DNA from: Dicyema japonicum
Lineage: Eukaryota; Animalia; Dicyemida
Length of the DNA: 64,000 nucleotides
Reading direction: 5' to 3'
NCBI GenBank assembly: GCA_011109175.1
Contig: RDEW01000001.1
Coordinates: 806,592 to 870,591, forward strand
Below are positions 12,603-25,960 of the stretch, in pieces. The position numbers and the translations under genes were made by a program. Under the pieces are notes generated by a model. The model was not told the origin of the DNA. It saw only the letters and a list, made by a program, of their open reading frames with translations, and made no database searches. The stretch's first letter is position 1, and the number at the start of each line of letters is the position of its first letter.

Positions 12603-13715
12603 TCAATGCTTAATTCGTTCATTATCACTGATTTCATCAGAAAGTAACGTGGTGATAGAAAAGTAGGTTTTTATTGGAGAAATGGCATTGTTTGCTGATT
12701 CTAATTTGCTTATTCGACGTGGGACTAAGCATGTCATCTCTTTGTTTTTAAGTTTCGATTTTACAAAAATCTGATCAAATCTGTAACGTTCAAATATTTC
12801 CATTCGTTCAGGCTATGAAATTGACTTTAAATCATTTTCTATTTTCTTTAAAACCTCTTTTGGAGGAATTCGTGGATCATATCCTTCTGAATGTTTTCTA
12901 AAGACTTCCCAATGATTAGCAAATGTCATTATATCCTTGGTTTCTGGACATTCTTCGACAATCTGTGGTTCAGGGTTAACGGTTGAAGTGACAGAGTCCG
13001 CATTTGAGTTTCTAGCCAGCTTTCTTGATACTTTAAGCCTGAGTTTTGCGAGATTAGTGAACTTTGGAATTCTCAATTTTGTAGCTGGACCATCCACCTT
13101 GACTTCTAGTTCAAAGTTGAGCACATGGTCATTCTTTGAGCCACAATATTCACTCAACTCCTTCAAAGTGACTTTTTCCGGCATCTCATTTTGATTGTGA
13201 AATATCCTAATCTTTCGTTACATTTTTCCGACAAAAACCTTTAGAGAACCGGCGGGAAAGTATTTGAGGCAGATATGTTTCTTCAACGTACCAATGGTAG
13301 TCTCAGAAGGAAATAAAAGCACGTGCCAGTTGACCTAAATTTTTATGGAATTCAAATTACATTAAAATTAGCTCTTGGCTCAGATTTTGCTGATTTCACT
13401 TTAGAGCCGAATTTGATGAAGCGATAACTCACGTAAATCTTGTTGTGGAATCGTTCCTTAAGCTTCAGTCGAGGATCATCACTCTCTGAGTCCAAAATCA
13501 TCATTTTAACGAACATGTCGAGAGATCTGGATGATTTTCTAAAATAAGAAACTTAAAGTACTTTGCTGGATGATTCTAGCGATATTTCTTAGTACTGAGT
13601 CCTCTCTAAATCGTAATTAGGCGGAACTACTTCAAACTGATTGTTGTTAAGACAACGCTTCAGATTGGACAGTTCACTGACGTCCTTAGATGATCTGAAA
13701 TGCAATTTTCACAAA
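12603..13715 (-). pseudogene. Polycomb-group RING finger (PCGF/BMI1/Psc-like) gene, disrupted
   Basis: RING half CENCISDHLRTSVNCPI* (TGA at 13660-13662 where a Zn-ligand Cys is expected), then KEDSVLRNIARII (cf. RSDKTLQDIVYKL). RAWUL-like LLFPSETTIGTLKKHICLKY...IRIFHNQNEMPEKVTLKEL. Introns 13606-13630 (25 nt), 13539-13561 (23 nt), 13335-13360 (26 nt). Additional in-frame TAA (13218) and TAG (12813), plus one frameshift. Confidence 0.65.
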
Positions 13716-14259
13716 CTGGGAGATAAAATAATTTTAATAAGTCATAAAATAGTATTAAACACACAGAACAATTACTGCGGTTAACTCAATGACAATAAAT
13801 CAACTTTAACATAAATTAAACTGACAAAACACGTGCTTAACGGGCAAAGCATGATTTATGAGCGCTTTTATACAAACAGCAAAATGTGAAGTGATAAATC
13901 GAATATAATACAGGAATGAGGACAATCTGAAGAAGAAATTGGGTTTATCATGATTTTACAACAAATTGAACAGTTCAGAAGACTCTCAATGTCCCGAGAG
14001 AACAGTGAACGGATATCCATAGATTCGGAGAATTAACGCTGGTAGATATATTTTATAATGCTCAGTTGACGCAAGTTCGATAACCGCATTATTTCACCAA
14101 TAAAATACGATATTGGCTAATCACTCAGTTCTTAAATAGTCTACATCCACCTGCAGTTAACTCCTCAAATTGATGTGATAATATGAACGAGAAAATACTA
14201 TATTTTGTCTAATTTTTGTGGTTATCTTATAACCACAATTTACTTTGAATTAAAATTAN

Positions 14260-14690
14260 GGGTCATCCCGTCAGGTCTCTTTCCATCTCGATCGAGACCC
14301 ACTGGTTCAAGCTGTGCCTTCTTCTTCGACATCGTCTAATACAACCTAGATGAGGATTTCCATCGCCTTTTAAAGAGCCACCAAAGACATAAACAATTTC
14401 TCCAGATTGTCGTTTTCAAAAAAAGGTTTCCAGGTTGTGATGTTAACCCACAGATCTATTATGTTTTGGAAAAGTTGAGAACTATCATTAAGATCAAAGT
14501 CATTCAATTGTAAACTGGAAAACTAGGAGAACTAAAGTCGGAGGTGAGCAGTTCATTTTTGAATCAGTAGACGTGGAAACTACTTGAGTCATTTGAGGCA
14601 GAACACTGACCCTGCAGAACCACATTGGATCACTTATCGGGAGGAAATGGATAATGGAGAAAGGAACTGGCTTATTTTCCTTACAAATCG
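14260..14690. mobile_element. Young CRE fragment (minus, 14260-14318) fused to an old, highly decayed CRE RLE region (plus, 14320-14690)
   Basis: Minus: [19 protein letters not shown]. Plus: GFPSPFKEP...SPD...QFIFESVDVET...IGSLIG...ERNWL, colinear with the RLE domain at 55249-55881. Same composite repeated at 16445-16895. Confidence 0.6.
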
Positions 14691-15480
14691 TCAGGGGAAA
14701 TATATGATTTATTTGATTAATTTTGGATTTTAATAAATCGTAAATTTATCACTTTAAATTTTAGTTGATCCTGATTTTGTATTGAAAAATAATAAAATTT
14801 TGAAAATTATTAAGCATACGTCATATTTTGAAATTAATACACAAGAATGAAAATTTGTCACATTTGTGACTGACATTTTTTTTGTTCGTAGGCCTACTGA
14901 TTGTCACTCAATAACCTTTTTTGTGTAGCTGCGATTTTATGGAAATTAGCCCAAGAGATCGAAGGCCCCCACAAGGCGCATGCATAGGAAATGAGAAGAG
15001 AAGATTCTTTTACTTTCTCGGTAAAAGAATCTCAGTTGAAAACAAGGGGATAGTAGTGAAACCTGGAATACCTAATTGGGAAATACGCGAGAGACAAATC
15101 GAATGTGTCCAAGAAAATTCGTCCCTTTCGACGGCTTTCCTGTTTTCAATGTTAATCAGATGTTTGCAGGTTTCCATAATTTGGAATCGAATTGTGATTT
15201 ATGTGTTAGCCTGGTCTATCTCAGAATTTCCATCACTTATTTTTCAATTGAAGTGGACCCAAGTGGATCCCATTTTACTTTTCTTAATAATAAATGGATG
15301 TGTCAGTCTTTCAATAGAGTGTGCTTAATTTTAAGTAGTATTTTGCCATTCATTTAGGTTCTTTTGGTTAAACTGTCGTCTTCTGCTGACTTTCATTTCC
15401 CATCAAATTTACGAATTACTTTTCTGACATCGACAATGCATGTAGATTATTCAAACGATTGCCAGAAAGTAAAATTAANA

Positions 15481-15873
15481 AGTATTTATCGACGAACTAT
15501 GCACACTGGCAACTAGCAAATATAAATCTAAGAAACTGAATTTTTCGAGTTGCACGTGTCTTGTTTTGGCCAAAAGATACAATGAAAAGAGAGAGGTGGG
15601 AGTTATTGAATATATCCTCAAAATTCATGAACGATGCGATGGAAGCAAACCATTAGTGAACTCAGGGATATCGAGAATGACTCCTATACAAATCGAAGAG
15701 AACCTAAGAGCTCTAAAAGCGAGAAGACTTTACGACGAAACCGACAAAATCGCAACCTTGGGCGTCCCTCGACAGTCAGTATTCCGCGTAGTGTTCTACA
15801 AATGACAAGAAAATCTCAAACTCTCGAATAGTTCATGTAAACCTTATCTATCCTAAGTCTTCCGTGAATTCAC
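15481..15873 (+). repeat. Dispersed ~390 bp repeat, copy 2
   Basis: Matches 8700-9088. Confidence 0.8.
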
Positions 15874-15904
15874 CATGTGTTTCAATTTTTTGATTAAAGC
15901 CTAT

Positions 15905-16503
15905 TATTTAACAAAGAAACAAATGTTAGTTGAGGAAGTCGGCTGCGTGGATCGCGAACGAGTTCCCTTGGAGTATGGCTATTCCAATTTTTTGTCTCAG
16001 CCATAACCCTTCTCGTTGATTTTTTTTCTGGCAACCATTCCTCCGAGTTCGCGCAAGAACTCAGCCGTCATTAGACCAACAGCTCCGATGACTCGACCGC
16101 AACAGGAGTAAATCGGGGATCGCGAACGAGTTCCCTTGGAGTATGGCGATTCTAATCTTTTGTCTCAGCCATAACCCTTCTCGTTGATTTTTTTTCTGGC
16201 AACCATTCCTCCGAGTTCGCGCAAGAACTCAGCCGTCATTAGACCAACAGCTCCGATGACTCGACCGCAACAGGAGTAAATCGGTACCGGTCCCCGAGGC
16301 AAGAATATTTCTTGCTTTTTAGGTTTTCCGCCATCGAAGCAACTGCTCCAGATGTCTGAACCGATTTGAAAAGATTCTGCTTGAAAATGTGTCAACACAA
16401 GTCGCGTCCCAGACCAAAGATTTTCCAGATGTGTAAGGGAAAAGGGTCATCCCGTCAGGTCTCTTTCCATCTCGATCGAGACCCACTGGTTCAAGCTGTG
16501 CCT
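15905..16503 (-). mobile_element. CRE-clade non-LTR retrotransposon, 5'-truncated (restriction-like endonuclease region)
   Basis: [39 protein letters not shown]; highly similar to 55450-55880; internal tandem duplication. Confidence 0.85.
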
Positions 16504-16504
16504 T

Positions 16505-16895
16505 CTTCTTCGACATCGTCTAATACAACCTAGATGAGGATTTCCATCGCCTTTTAAAGAGCCACCAAAGACATAAACAATTTCTCGATCGAGACCCACT
16601 GGTTCAAGCTGTGCCTTCTTCTTCGACATCGTCTAATACAACCTAGCTGAGGATTTCCATCGCCTTTTAAAGAGCCACCAAAGACATAAACAATTTCTCC
16701 AGATTGTCGTTTTCAAAAAAAGGTTTCCAGGTTGTGATGTTAACCCACAGATCTATTATGTCCTGGAAAAGTTGAGAACTATCATTAAGATCAAAGTCAT
16801 TCAATTGTAAACTGGAAAACTAGGAGAACTAAAGTCGGAAGTGAGCAGTTCATTTTTGAATCAGTAGACGTGGAAACTACTTGAGTCATTGGAGG
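16505..16895 (+). mobile_element. Old decayed CRE RLE fragment (duplicate of 14320-14600)
   Basis: Near-identical to 14320-14600. Confidence 0.55.
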
Positions 16896-16896
16896 C

Positions 16897-17230
16897 AGAA
16901 TATCAACTAGTAGTATCTACAACAAGTGTATGTGATTTACATTAGCAAAGATGTGCTAGATGCCCTGTGGAGGCTATTTGGGCATGTACTAAGAATGAAC
17001 CCGGACGTAACCGTTAACAAAGCGATAGAAGATTACTTTGACAGTCGCGAAAAACCCTTCCACAGACGACCTAGATCGAGACTTCCGAATGCCTTAAACA
17101 AAATATTAAATCATGTGAGACAAAATTTAAATACGGGGGACGACCTGGACGAATTGAGATCACTCGCATTTGAAAGATGAAGATGGAAAAGACTAACTAT
17201 AAATGTGGTTTCTTTGAGTTTTGCACATGT
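16897..17230 (+). mobile_element. RTE-like LINE 3' end
   Basis: WRLFGHVLRM...RPRSRLPNAL...GDDLDELRSLAFER*RW. Confidence 0.8.
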
Positions 17231-20129
17231 TGGCTATAATCATTATGGCTTTCGTGAAAGTGCCTTAATAATACGACGATTTAATTTAACCATCACAAAT
17301 CCTATCTCTGTAGAAAATTTGAATAACTTTCAATTGGCTTATAGGCTATTCACAAACTTTCCAATCCACATTGGGTTAACCATCACAAATCCTATCTCTG
17401 TAGAAAATTAGAATAACTTTCAATTGGTTTATAGGCTATTCACAAACTTTCCAATCCACATTGGGATGCCAGAACGAAAAACACTTTGTCTACAGAGCCT
17501 TAAGTCTTGTTTACATCAATCCACGAAACGATTAGTTTGTTTCAACAATGACTATTTATGTAATGATTAATTAAGACTTGCTCCTTCGCACCATGAAACA
17601 TCCTCTTTGCACATAATTTATTATCAGAAATTATTTTGGACACTTCCAAATAATCGGTAAGTTTTGAGTTGACAATTGTGTATCCGATTTATACAATATA
17701 GTTATACATGCCTTTTACAAATGAGTCTGATAATAGTGCCTGATATTGTCACAACATGTGGCCAATCATCCTCCTGAAAGCATTTTCCGCAACCCATATC
17801 CTATCAATCAAAGTCCTTATAGTCGATTCAAAGTAGGCAACACTGATGAATTGAAAAAGAACTTGTTAAACCTAAACATCACAACTGATTCCGCCTGTCG
17901 GTCACTCAAAGAACTGATTACCACATATAGTTGAAGAAGTAGTTTAGAGCGAAACCATATTTGTTGGCCTACTTAGTGTTTGCATGGTTCTGGAAGATTC
18001 AGTTTATTGCTGACTTCAGCACGTGTGCGATTTCTGACTCATTTAGACAATATTCTATAGAAGAGACAGTGGTTTGTCGATATTATTAACGTATTCAATT
18101 TTAAAGTAACTCGCTAGAAATGTTATGAAAGCAGTAACTCGACATCTATTTTGTGCTGATTTTCACCTTCATCTCAATAATCAAGGCGGGGGATTTAAAA
18201 AAGTCGCTTGAATATTATCTACCTGGGTATATCAAAACCTTCGATAACTCTATAATTATTCCGAGGTTTCTAATCAACTGCCTGATTGATTTATCTGTCC
18301 TCAACTGGATTCTTGGTCTGTTCCTTTCGTTTAGGGAGAATTATTAATTTTTTGAAAACAAATGCTATCAGCATCTTATATTTCGGAAAAAAATAGATAC
18401 TTCTTACATAATGTAAAAAATATGGAGCTACGTGTTTGGACAAGAAAAAATATATAAACGATATAGTAGAAAAAGGCATATCAGTCACTTTGCCTGGCAA
18501 TGCGAATATATAATTATATGGAAAATGCTTCAAATACATTATTCACTGATGCACCTGAAGTTTGTTGGCCATATTCTAAAAATGCACCCAAGCACGTCAA
18601 CAGATGTCATCACAGAGAAGTACTTTGCAGGATCTGGGAAAAGATCCCTTATACATACAATTACGACACTTCTTAACCCTTTGTTACACTGAGGTTCAAG
18701 ATGCTGAAGTAAACAGTATGTTTCAGAAACTAAATATAGAATATAACTGAGGATTCCTGCGATAAACTGATCAGGTAAGATAACATCGCCTTCACACAGT
18801 TAAGTTACCACAGACCACTAGTAAAAACATTGTTCATGTGGTATAGAACGATAGAACCAGGATAAATCTCACTCAAGATACTCGGGTGAGTTTTTAAGAA
18901 CATCATTTCGTTTAATTTTAACACAAACTTTTCTTTGGTCCACTATCTGCAAAAAGAATAGAATAATTAGACATACGGGGAACTGAAAAATCTGTTTCTT
19001 GGGTAAAATATACCTCTTCAATTGTGAAAATCTGTTTCTTGAGGAAATATAACTTGTTCGTGAAGTAAGTCATTTTCATAAGTCAATATTACTAAATTTA
19101 TTTTATCATATGTTAAGGAGTCCCATGAAGAGAAGATCTCTCAAGAACATTATCGGGATATATAGTGATTGTCTTACACAAACTCGTTTTCTGCGTCCCG
19201 TATATAAGTTGGTAAAACATAGCTTCATTTTGGGTTAAGTCGAGCGTCACATAATTTCGTAGTAAAAATTTTTCATGACACCGATTGTATATCAAACAAG
19301 AACAATCACGGGAATTCCCTTATATGCGGATGTGAGTGTATGTGATACTCGCCCTCCAATTTAATAGTTAAAGTAATAAACAAGAAAGAAAAAATAGCTT
19401 ACAATAACTGTAAGCACTATAATAAAATAGTATTTTTAGACTGAAAACAAGCGCTTGTTCAAAACTCATGAAGTAGCAATAGTGCACTATAACATGATTC
19501 TATAATACTTAATATCCACATTTTCCAATATGGAAGTCACCTCGCGTCCCCATTTTTAGAGATGTCGGATAAAAAAAGATGTAAGTTTTGCATTCATCAT
19601 CCGAAACTTGTAAAAAATGTTAAACGATTTTTGTTTTTACAGTATGTTTTTTCGACTTAAATAAAGTTTTTCGATTTCTTTTCGACAAAATATTAACTTT
19701 TTATTCAGAGTTCGGATTACTGTATGCTTGGACACTTGTGATCCAGAAAATTCTTGAGTTCCGAGATAACTTTAGCGACGAAAACAAAGGATTGAGTAAT
19801 GTTGCACTGCAGGAATGTTTTAATCTCAATATCCACAAAAAATAATCAACTTTAAAAATTTGATATACGAAGTATCAGATACTCTAAATTTTAGATTTGG
19901 CTCTCGGCTGTTACAAATTTTGAAGGAACGTCGACAAGTCTACATTGAGGAGGAACAAGGGAGTTAATAGTTAATTTCAAAACTAAGGAAATTAATAAAA
20001 TTTTCAATTCTTAGAGGTTTCTTAGATTTTATTAGCAGTCAATAAGAAATAGAGGTTGAGGTGGTAAACTGAGTTTAAGGTGGTAACGACATCTCTACTG
20101 CACAAATGTCTTAAACGCACTAGAAGCGC

Positions 20130-22480
20130 TTGGAGGAGCTTAATATAACATCTCTCAATGTAAGAATGATCAGCAAGGAGTGGAAAAGAAACTTGTTATG
20201 TTCGGATCAAAGAAAAAATGGTGCAGACGTGGGATACATACAAGAGACAAAAGTATAGGTTGGAATGGACGAGATACATGGAGAATATAAACTTATTTTA
20301 CTACCATTGTCATCGAGACACTATGGACAGGGGTTTGCTGTGCACAAGAAACTTGTTCGTGAAATACATCGCTGTTGGAGTGTAAACGACAGAAACAGCA
20401 CACTGCAAATACGGGTTGGGGTCAAACGCACATCAAGGGCCCTTATCTCAATTATAAATGTTTATGCACCCAACAGTGGAAAAGATTCGGACGAACTTGA
20501 AGCTTTCTACATGCAGGTGTCGAGGACATATGCCGAACTGGAATCGTCTTTTCTAGTCGTCATTGCCGGAGACTAGAATGCTAAAGCAGAAGTACGTCGG
20601 GAACATGAGTCGACTATCGGAAGACACGGAAGAGAGATCAGGAAACTGCCGCGGCCTCTGCTGATAAATTTCTGCCGGGCATTTGGTCTATTCCTGTGTA
20701 ACACTGCGTTTGCGCATGCTGCAAAATATAAGACTACCTGGACGAGCAGCAGAAGAAATGAATTTGGGGCCATGTGATGATTTACAATCAGATTGATTAC
20801 ATTCTTAGTAAACAAAAAATAGAACACTATTACAGGACTTGAGATCATACAAAGAGGCCGTCGTGGAAAGAGACCACAAGTTCGTCGTGGGCATGTTTGA
20901 TATTACAAGTCGCTATGCACGCATTTTGGAACAGAGCCATCTCAAATCATACGGAAAGGATTCTATCGAGCACTAGGATACAGAGAAAAATCAAAAAATT
21001 AAAAATTGAACATGTTGTGACGTTTTGGATGCCAGACTAAAATTAGTGAAGAATCTAATAGATTGTGCGCAGATGTTCTGGCAATGCGCCTGCTTAAGAA
21101 GAGGAATCAAAAGGGTAAACTAAAAAATCATGATACAAAGGGAATATGATTTTTGACGCTAAGTAACAAGCCGAACTTATTGCTGCTAATTTTGAACAAC
21201 TCTTTGACGTTGACGAGGAAAAGGTGTACCTAATCACAGGTAATGAAGGAAATTTTTTAAATGAAATCACGTTAGCAGAAGTTGTGAAAGCAATAGAGAG
21301 ACTGAAGTGGAATCACTCGTCAGGACAGATGGTATAAGTTCTGAGTTACTGAAGTACGACCCAAAAACACTGATGGAAATCGTGGCCAAATTATTAAACG
21401 AAATGCTTGAAACTAACGACCTACTTCCGTTGGGCAAAGAAATTCTGATGCCGATTCAAAAACCAAATAAAAAGACGGGCCCTGTGGAAAACCTGCCCTC
21501 AGTCATCCTACTCAATTTGCAAAGAAACATCCTTGCACGTGTGCAAGAGCCTGTGAATGAATTCCTGTCATCGAGCCACAGTGGATTCAGGATAGGCAGA
21601 TCTACCGCTGATGTGGTCTGGGGGCAGCTGGCGTTGTGCCACTTACCAAAGATTTGAGAGTGCGACTACAATTTTGGGGATCGACATGTCGAGAGTTTTC
21701 GACACAATTCTCCGACGAAAGCTTATTGATGCTATGCGGGGATTCCATAATAGGGATTCTGTCAGGATGATAGAAGTTTTATTGTCGAACACAGAACAGA
21801 CGGTACGAGTTGAAAGTACGTCGTCTAGAAATTTGTCGACGACTGTGGAGGATTCCCTTTCCATTTTGCTGATTGTGGTATACTTGGAAGTAGCACTGCG
21901 TGGTCTTAGAAAATTTTATAATTGCTGATGATTTGGATTTCGTATCAGAAAATAAAGCGACCTTGAGGCGGTTACTTGACGTTGCCCCTGCAGAGCTTGA
22001 AAAATGGTTTCTTACTGTGAATAAAAATAAAACTGAAATTGTGGAAATCATACGCACTCGATAAGGATTGGAAAAAAGCTGGAGTACTATCCGCGGTCGC
22101 ACTGAACAGGATGAAGACAGATTGGTGGATAACAGACCGTTGACGATCGTGCTTCGTTTGCGATTCTATAATTCTTTCGTGAAGCCGGTCCTTTTATATA
22201 ACTCTTCCTGCTGGGGAGGATCTCGGTATCAGAAACCAAAAATCTTAACTCCCTACACGAAGGCAATTACGAATACTTTGCGGGGTACAATGTCCGACAC
22301 GTATCAAAAATGAGGCACTGTACCAAAAGTGCTTAACGCGACCTGCCCACATCACTTGCAAGTTTGGAAATGGAAGAATATTTTGCTGCAAGTTGAAAGA
22401 AATATCGGGGGAGCTCGCACTACGCAACCGGGGAAGCTAAATGAGGATCTCAAGACAATCAACTAGAGGCTCTTAAGAGG
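20130..22480 (+). mobile_element. RTE-like LINE (APE endonuclease + RT), degenerate
   Basis: SLNVR..IQETK, INVYAP, IAGD*NA, NQIDYIL (APE); DGISSELLKY, GFRIGRSTAD, IDMSRVFDTI, ADDLDF (RT); FYNSFVKPVLLYNSSCWG. Confidence 0.9.
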
Positions 22481-22504
22481 GGAGGAAGGAAACCGAAAAC
22501 ACTT

Positions 22505-23232
22505 TATTCAACAAGAATTAGGAGTTAGTTTGGAGGTTATTAACAAGTCCGCCTTTGCTGGCTTATTAAGGACTCTTCCGATGCACCCTATCTCCAATTT
22601 ATTCTCTTCCAAGCGTCGGATCCCCTTGATATTCTTTTCCACAATATTTTTGACTGGTGCAAGAATCTTGTCATATTCCGTACTTAGGAAATCTTCAGCT
22701 TTTTTCCCGATTGTCAAATTTATTGCTGATCTTCCCGACTTTTCCATGAGTAACATTATTTTATCCTTTTGCCGAGTGAAGAACTACGCTTCACACGCGA
22801 ATAGTAGCTCTGGTAGGATAATCCTTATGAAAATAAACAACAAGGTCTCCAAGCTTACAAAGGAGTACGTCGTGAACATGAGTTGACTATCGGAGACAGA
22901 GAAGGGTTTGGAAGTTATTAACAAGTCCGCCTTTGCTGGCTGGACTCTTCCGATGCACCCTATCTCCAATTTATTCTCTTCCAAACGTCGGATCCCCTTG
23001 ATATTCTTTTCCACAATATTTTTGACTGGTTCAAGAATCTTGTCATATTCCGTACTTAGGACATCTTCAGCTTTTTTCCCGATTGTCAAATTTATTGCTG
23101 ATCTTCCCAACTTTTCCATGAGTAACATTATTTTATCCTTTTGCAGAGTGAAAAACTACGCCTCACACGCGAATAGTAGCTCTGGTAGGATAATCCTTAT
23201 GAAAATAAACAAAAAGGTCTCCAAGCTTACAA
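22505..23232 (-). mobile_element. Post-RT 3' region of a Jockey/I-like LINE, duplicated in tandem
   Basis: LETLLFIFIRIILPELLFACEA* resembles the KxxxYKxxIRPxLxYxCEAW thumb motif; two copies (22505-22866, 22905-23232). Confidence 0.6.
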
Positions 23233-24852
23233 AAGAGTACGTCGTGAACATGAGTTGACTATCGGAAGACACAGAAGAGGGATCAAGAACCTTCCGGGGG
23301 CTATTCTGATAAATTTCTAGCGGTCATTTGGTCTATTCCTTGTAACACTGCGTTTTCGCATGCTGCAAGACATAAGACAACCTTGAAGAGCTGCAGAAAA
23401 AATGAATCTGAGACCATGTGATGATTTACAATCAGATTGATTACATTCTTAGTAAACAAAAAATAGAACACTATTACAGAACTCGAGATCATACAAAAGG
23501 GCCGTCGTGGAAAGAGACCACAAGTTTGTCGTGGGCCTGTTTAATATTACAAGTCGCTATGCACGCACTTTGGAACAGAGCCATATCAGGTCATACGGGA
23601 AGGATACCTAGTCGAGAGATTATGTTATTCACACTTCACTCGAAATATCTATCGAGCATCTATGGAAAATTATTTAATAGCAATAGAGACAGGCTTTCAA
23701 CCGGGAGTCATTTGGACGCATTTAATGGAAAGAATTCACAAGACTGCAAACGAACACATTGAGAGGTACCGAGCAAGGCCACCCCGATGTTCCCGCACTG
23801 CACAAAAGTGAGATATTCGACTATCGGTAGAAAAGAATGACGAACACAGACAGGAAATGCTTTTTACAGTCGCACCGTACTAGGATACAGAGAAAAAACA
23901 GTAAATTTAACAGTGAACATGTTGCAAACGTTTTGGATGCCAGGCTAAAGGAAGTAGAGAATTTAAATGATTGTGAGCAGATGTTCTTGGCAATGCGCCT
24001 GCTTAAGAGGAGGAACCAAAAGGGCAAACTACAAATTTAGGATAACAAAAGGAATATGATTTTTGACGCTACGGAACAAGCCGAACTTATTGCTGCTCAT
24101 TTTGAACTACTCTTTGACGTTGACGGAGAAAAGGTGGACCTAATCACTAGTAATGCAGGAAATCTTTTAAATGAACTCACGGTGGGAGAAGTAATGAAAG
24201 CGATAGAGAGACTGAAGTGAATCGCTTGTCAGGACCGGATAGCATAAGTGCTAAGTTACTAAATTACGGAACCAAAACCCTGGGGAAATCGTGGCCACCT
24301 TCTTCCGTTAGTCATGGGGATTCTGGTGCCGATTAAAAACCGAATAAAAGGACAGTCCTTGTGGAAAAAAGTCATCCTACTCAATACACTAGATAGGTTT
24401 TTGCTCTTGTGGTGCTGGATCGTGTGCAAAGCCTGTGAATGAAAATCTGTCATCGAGCCACAGTAGATTCAGGACAGGCAGATCTACCGATAATGTTGTT
24501 TTGGGCATAGGTGGCGTTGTGCCACTTATCAAAGATTTGAGAGTGCGACTACAATTTTGGGGATCGACATGTGAAGACTTTTTGACACAATTGGTCGAGG
24601 TAAGTTTATTGATGTTTTGCGGGGATTCCTTAATAAGGATAATGTCAGGAAGAATGAAGTATTATTGTCGATCACAGAACTGACGGAACGAGTTGGGAGT
24701 TCGTCGTATAGAAATTTTTCGACGACTGTGGAGGATTTCTTTTCCCCATTGCTGTTTGTGTATACTTGGAGGTAGCATTGCGTGTTTTTAGAAGTTTTTA
24801 TAATAGCTGATGATGTGGATTTGAATCGGAAGATAAAGCAGCCTTGGGGCGG
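23233..24852 (+). mobile_element. Second RTE-like LINE copy, internal fragment
   Basis: Aligns with 20590-21975 (NQIDYILSKQK ... RTGRSTD ... ADDVD). Confidence 0.85.
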
Positions 24853-25960
24853 TTAGCGCTTGTAGCGCTCTTTTCCTTTTTTTCTGATATCCTCAATGAA
24901 GGAACCTCCTCGATTGATAACTAACCTAAAATAGCGGAGTAAATTTTCTTTTCGAATACAAAGCGAGTTGGGCTGCGTACGATGTCTCCGTAGACGACTA
25001 ACTTTCAAGTATCTGGACTTTTTAGTAAAGAGTCTCATCCCTCTTTTGGAGCTCCTATTTTGCACTTGGTCAATGAATGATTTGATTTTTCTTTCCGATA
25101 GAATTGACTTCTTCGACGTATCTGTAATCAGAATATCATCTGCGTATATTATCAGTTTGGTGTTCGCATCCGACGGAGTAGGGAAATCAGAATGAAACAC
25201 CTTGAACAGAAGCAGGCTCAAGACAGAGCCTTGNTTGGAGCTCCAATCTTGCACTTGGTCAATGAATGACTTGATTTTTCTTTCCGATAGAAATGACTTC
25301 TTCGAGGTATCCGTAATCAGAATATCATCTGCGTAAATTATTAGTTTGATGTTCGCATCCGGCGGAGTAGGGAAATCATTGAACAGAAGCAGGCTCATGA
25401 CAGAGCCCTGTGGAACGCCCCTTTTCAATAGGAAATCCTTTGATATATATGCCCAAACACGTACTCGGAATGTACGTGGTGTTGAGAAGTCTTTTATCTA
25501 TGTGTAGAGTTTCTTGTAAATGCTAGCCGCCACTAGCCTTATCAAGAGGGATTCATGCCACACGCTATCGAAGGCCTCGGACAGGTCCAAACACACCAGG
25601 TTTGCCTCTTGAATTCCAGGCCTCTCAGTACCATCGAATGCATGTGATGGATACAATCCGTGCAAGATTTGCCGGGTCTGAAGCCACATTGTTCTGCGAA
25701 GAGGAAACAGCGCTCTTCTATGTGTTCGTTTAGTCTCTTTAAGATAATTCTCTCAGCAATCTTGGAGATAAAGCGGATTAGGCTGATTAGCCTAAAATTG
25801 AAAGGGTCTCACCTCGACATCGAAAGCGGTTAGGATGAGTTTATAAAGAATTAATAAATAATCACTGCCAATATCTTCAATCGTAATCGGTCGTTCCAAA
25901 AATGGATGATCAAATTTCGATATTAACGCCAATCCCAAATAATCCGTGCCACTTGGAGAA
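24853..25960 (-). mobile_element. Jockey/I-like LINE reverse transcriptase, degenerate
   Basis: CLDLSEAFDSVWH, GVPQGSVMS, IIYADDILI. Confidence 0.9.

Noticed and set aside
12603-13715. Alternative genetic code (stop reassignment) to explain in-frame stops
   Set aside because: All three stop codons and frameshifts occur in the broken genes, while the intact genes have no internal stops and end in TGA or TAA.
14330-14460. Kelch-like IVYVFGG on the minus strand (also ORF 16447-16629)
   Set aside because: The plus strand of the same region is colinear with the CRE RLE domain over several motifs, so the Kelch match is coincidental.
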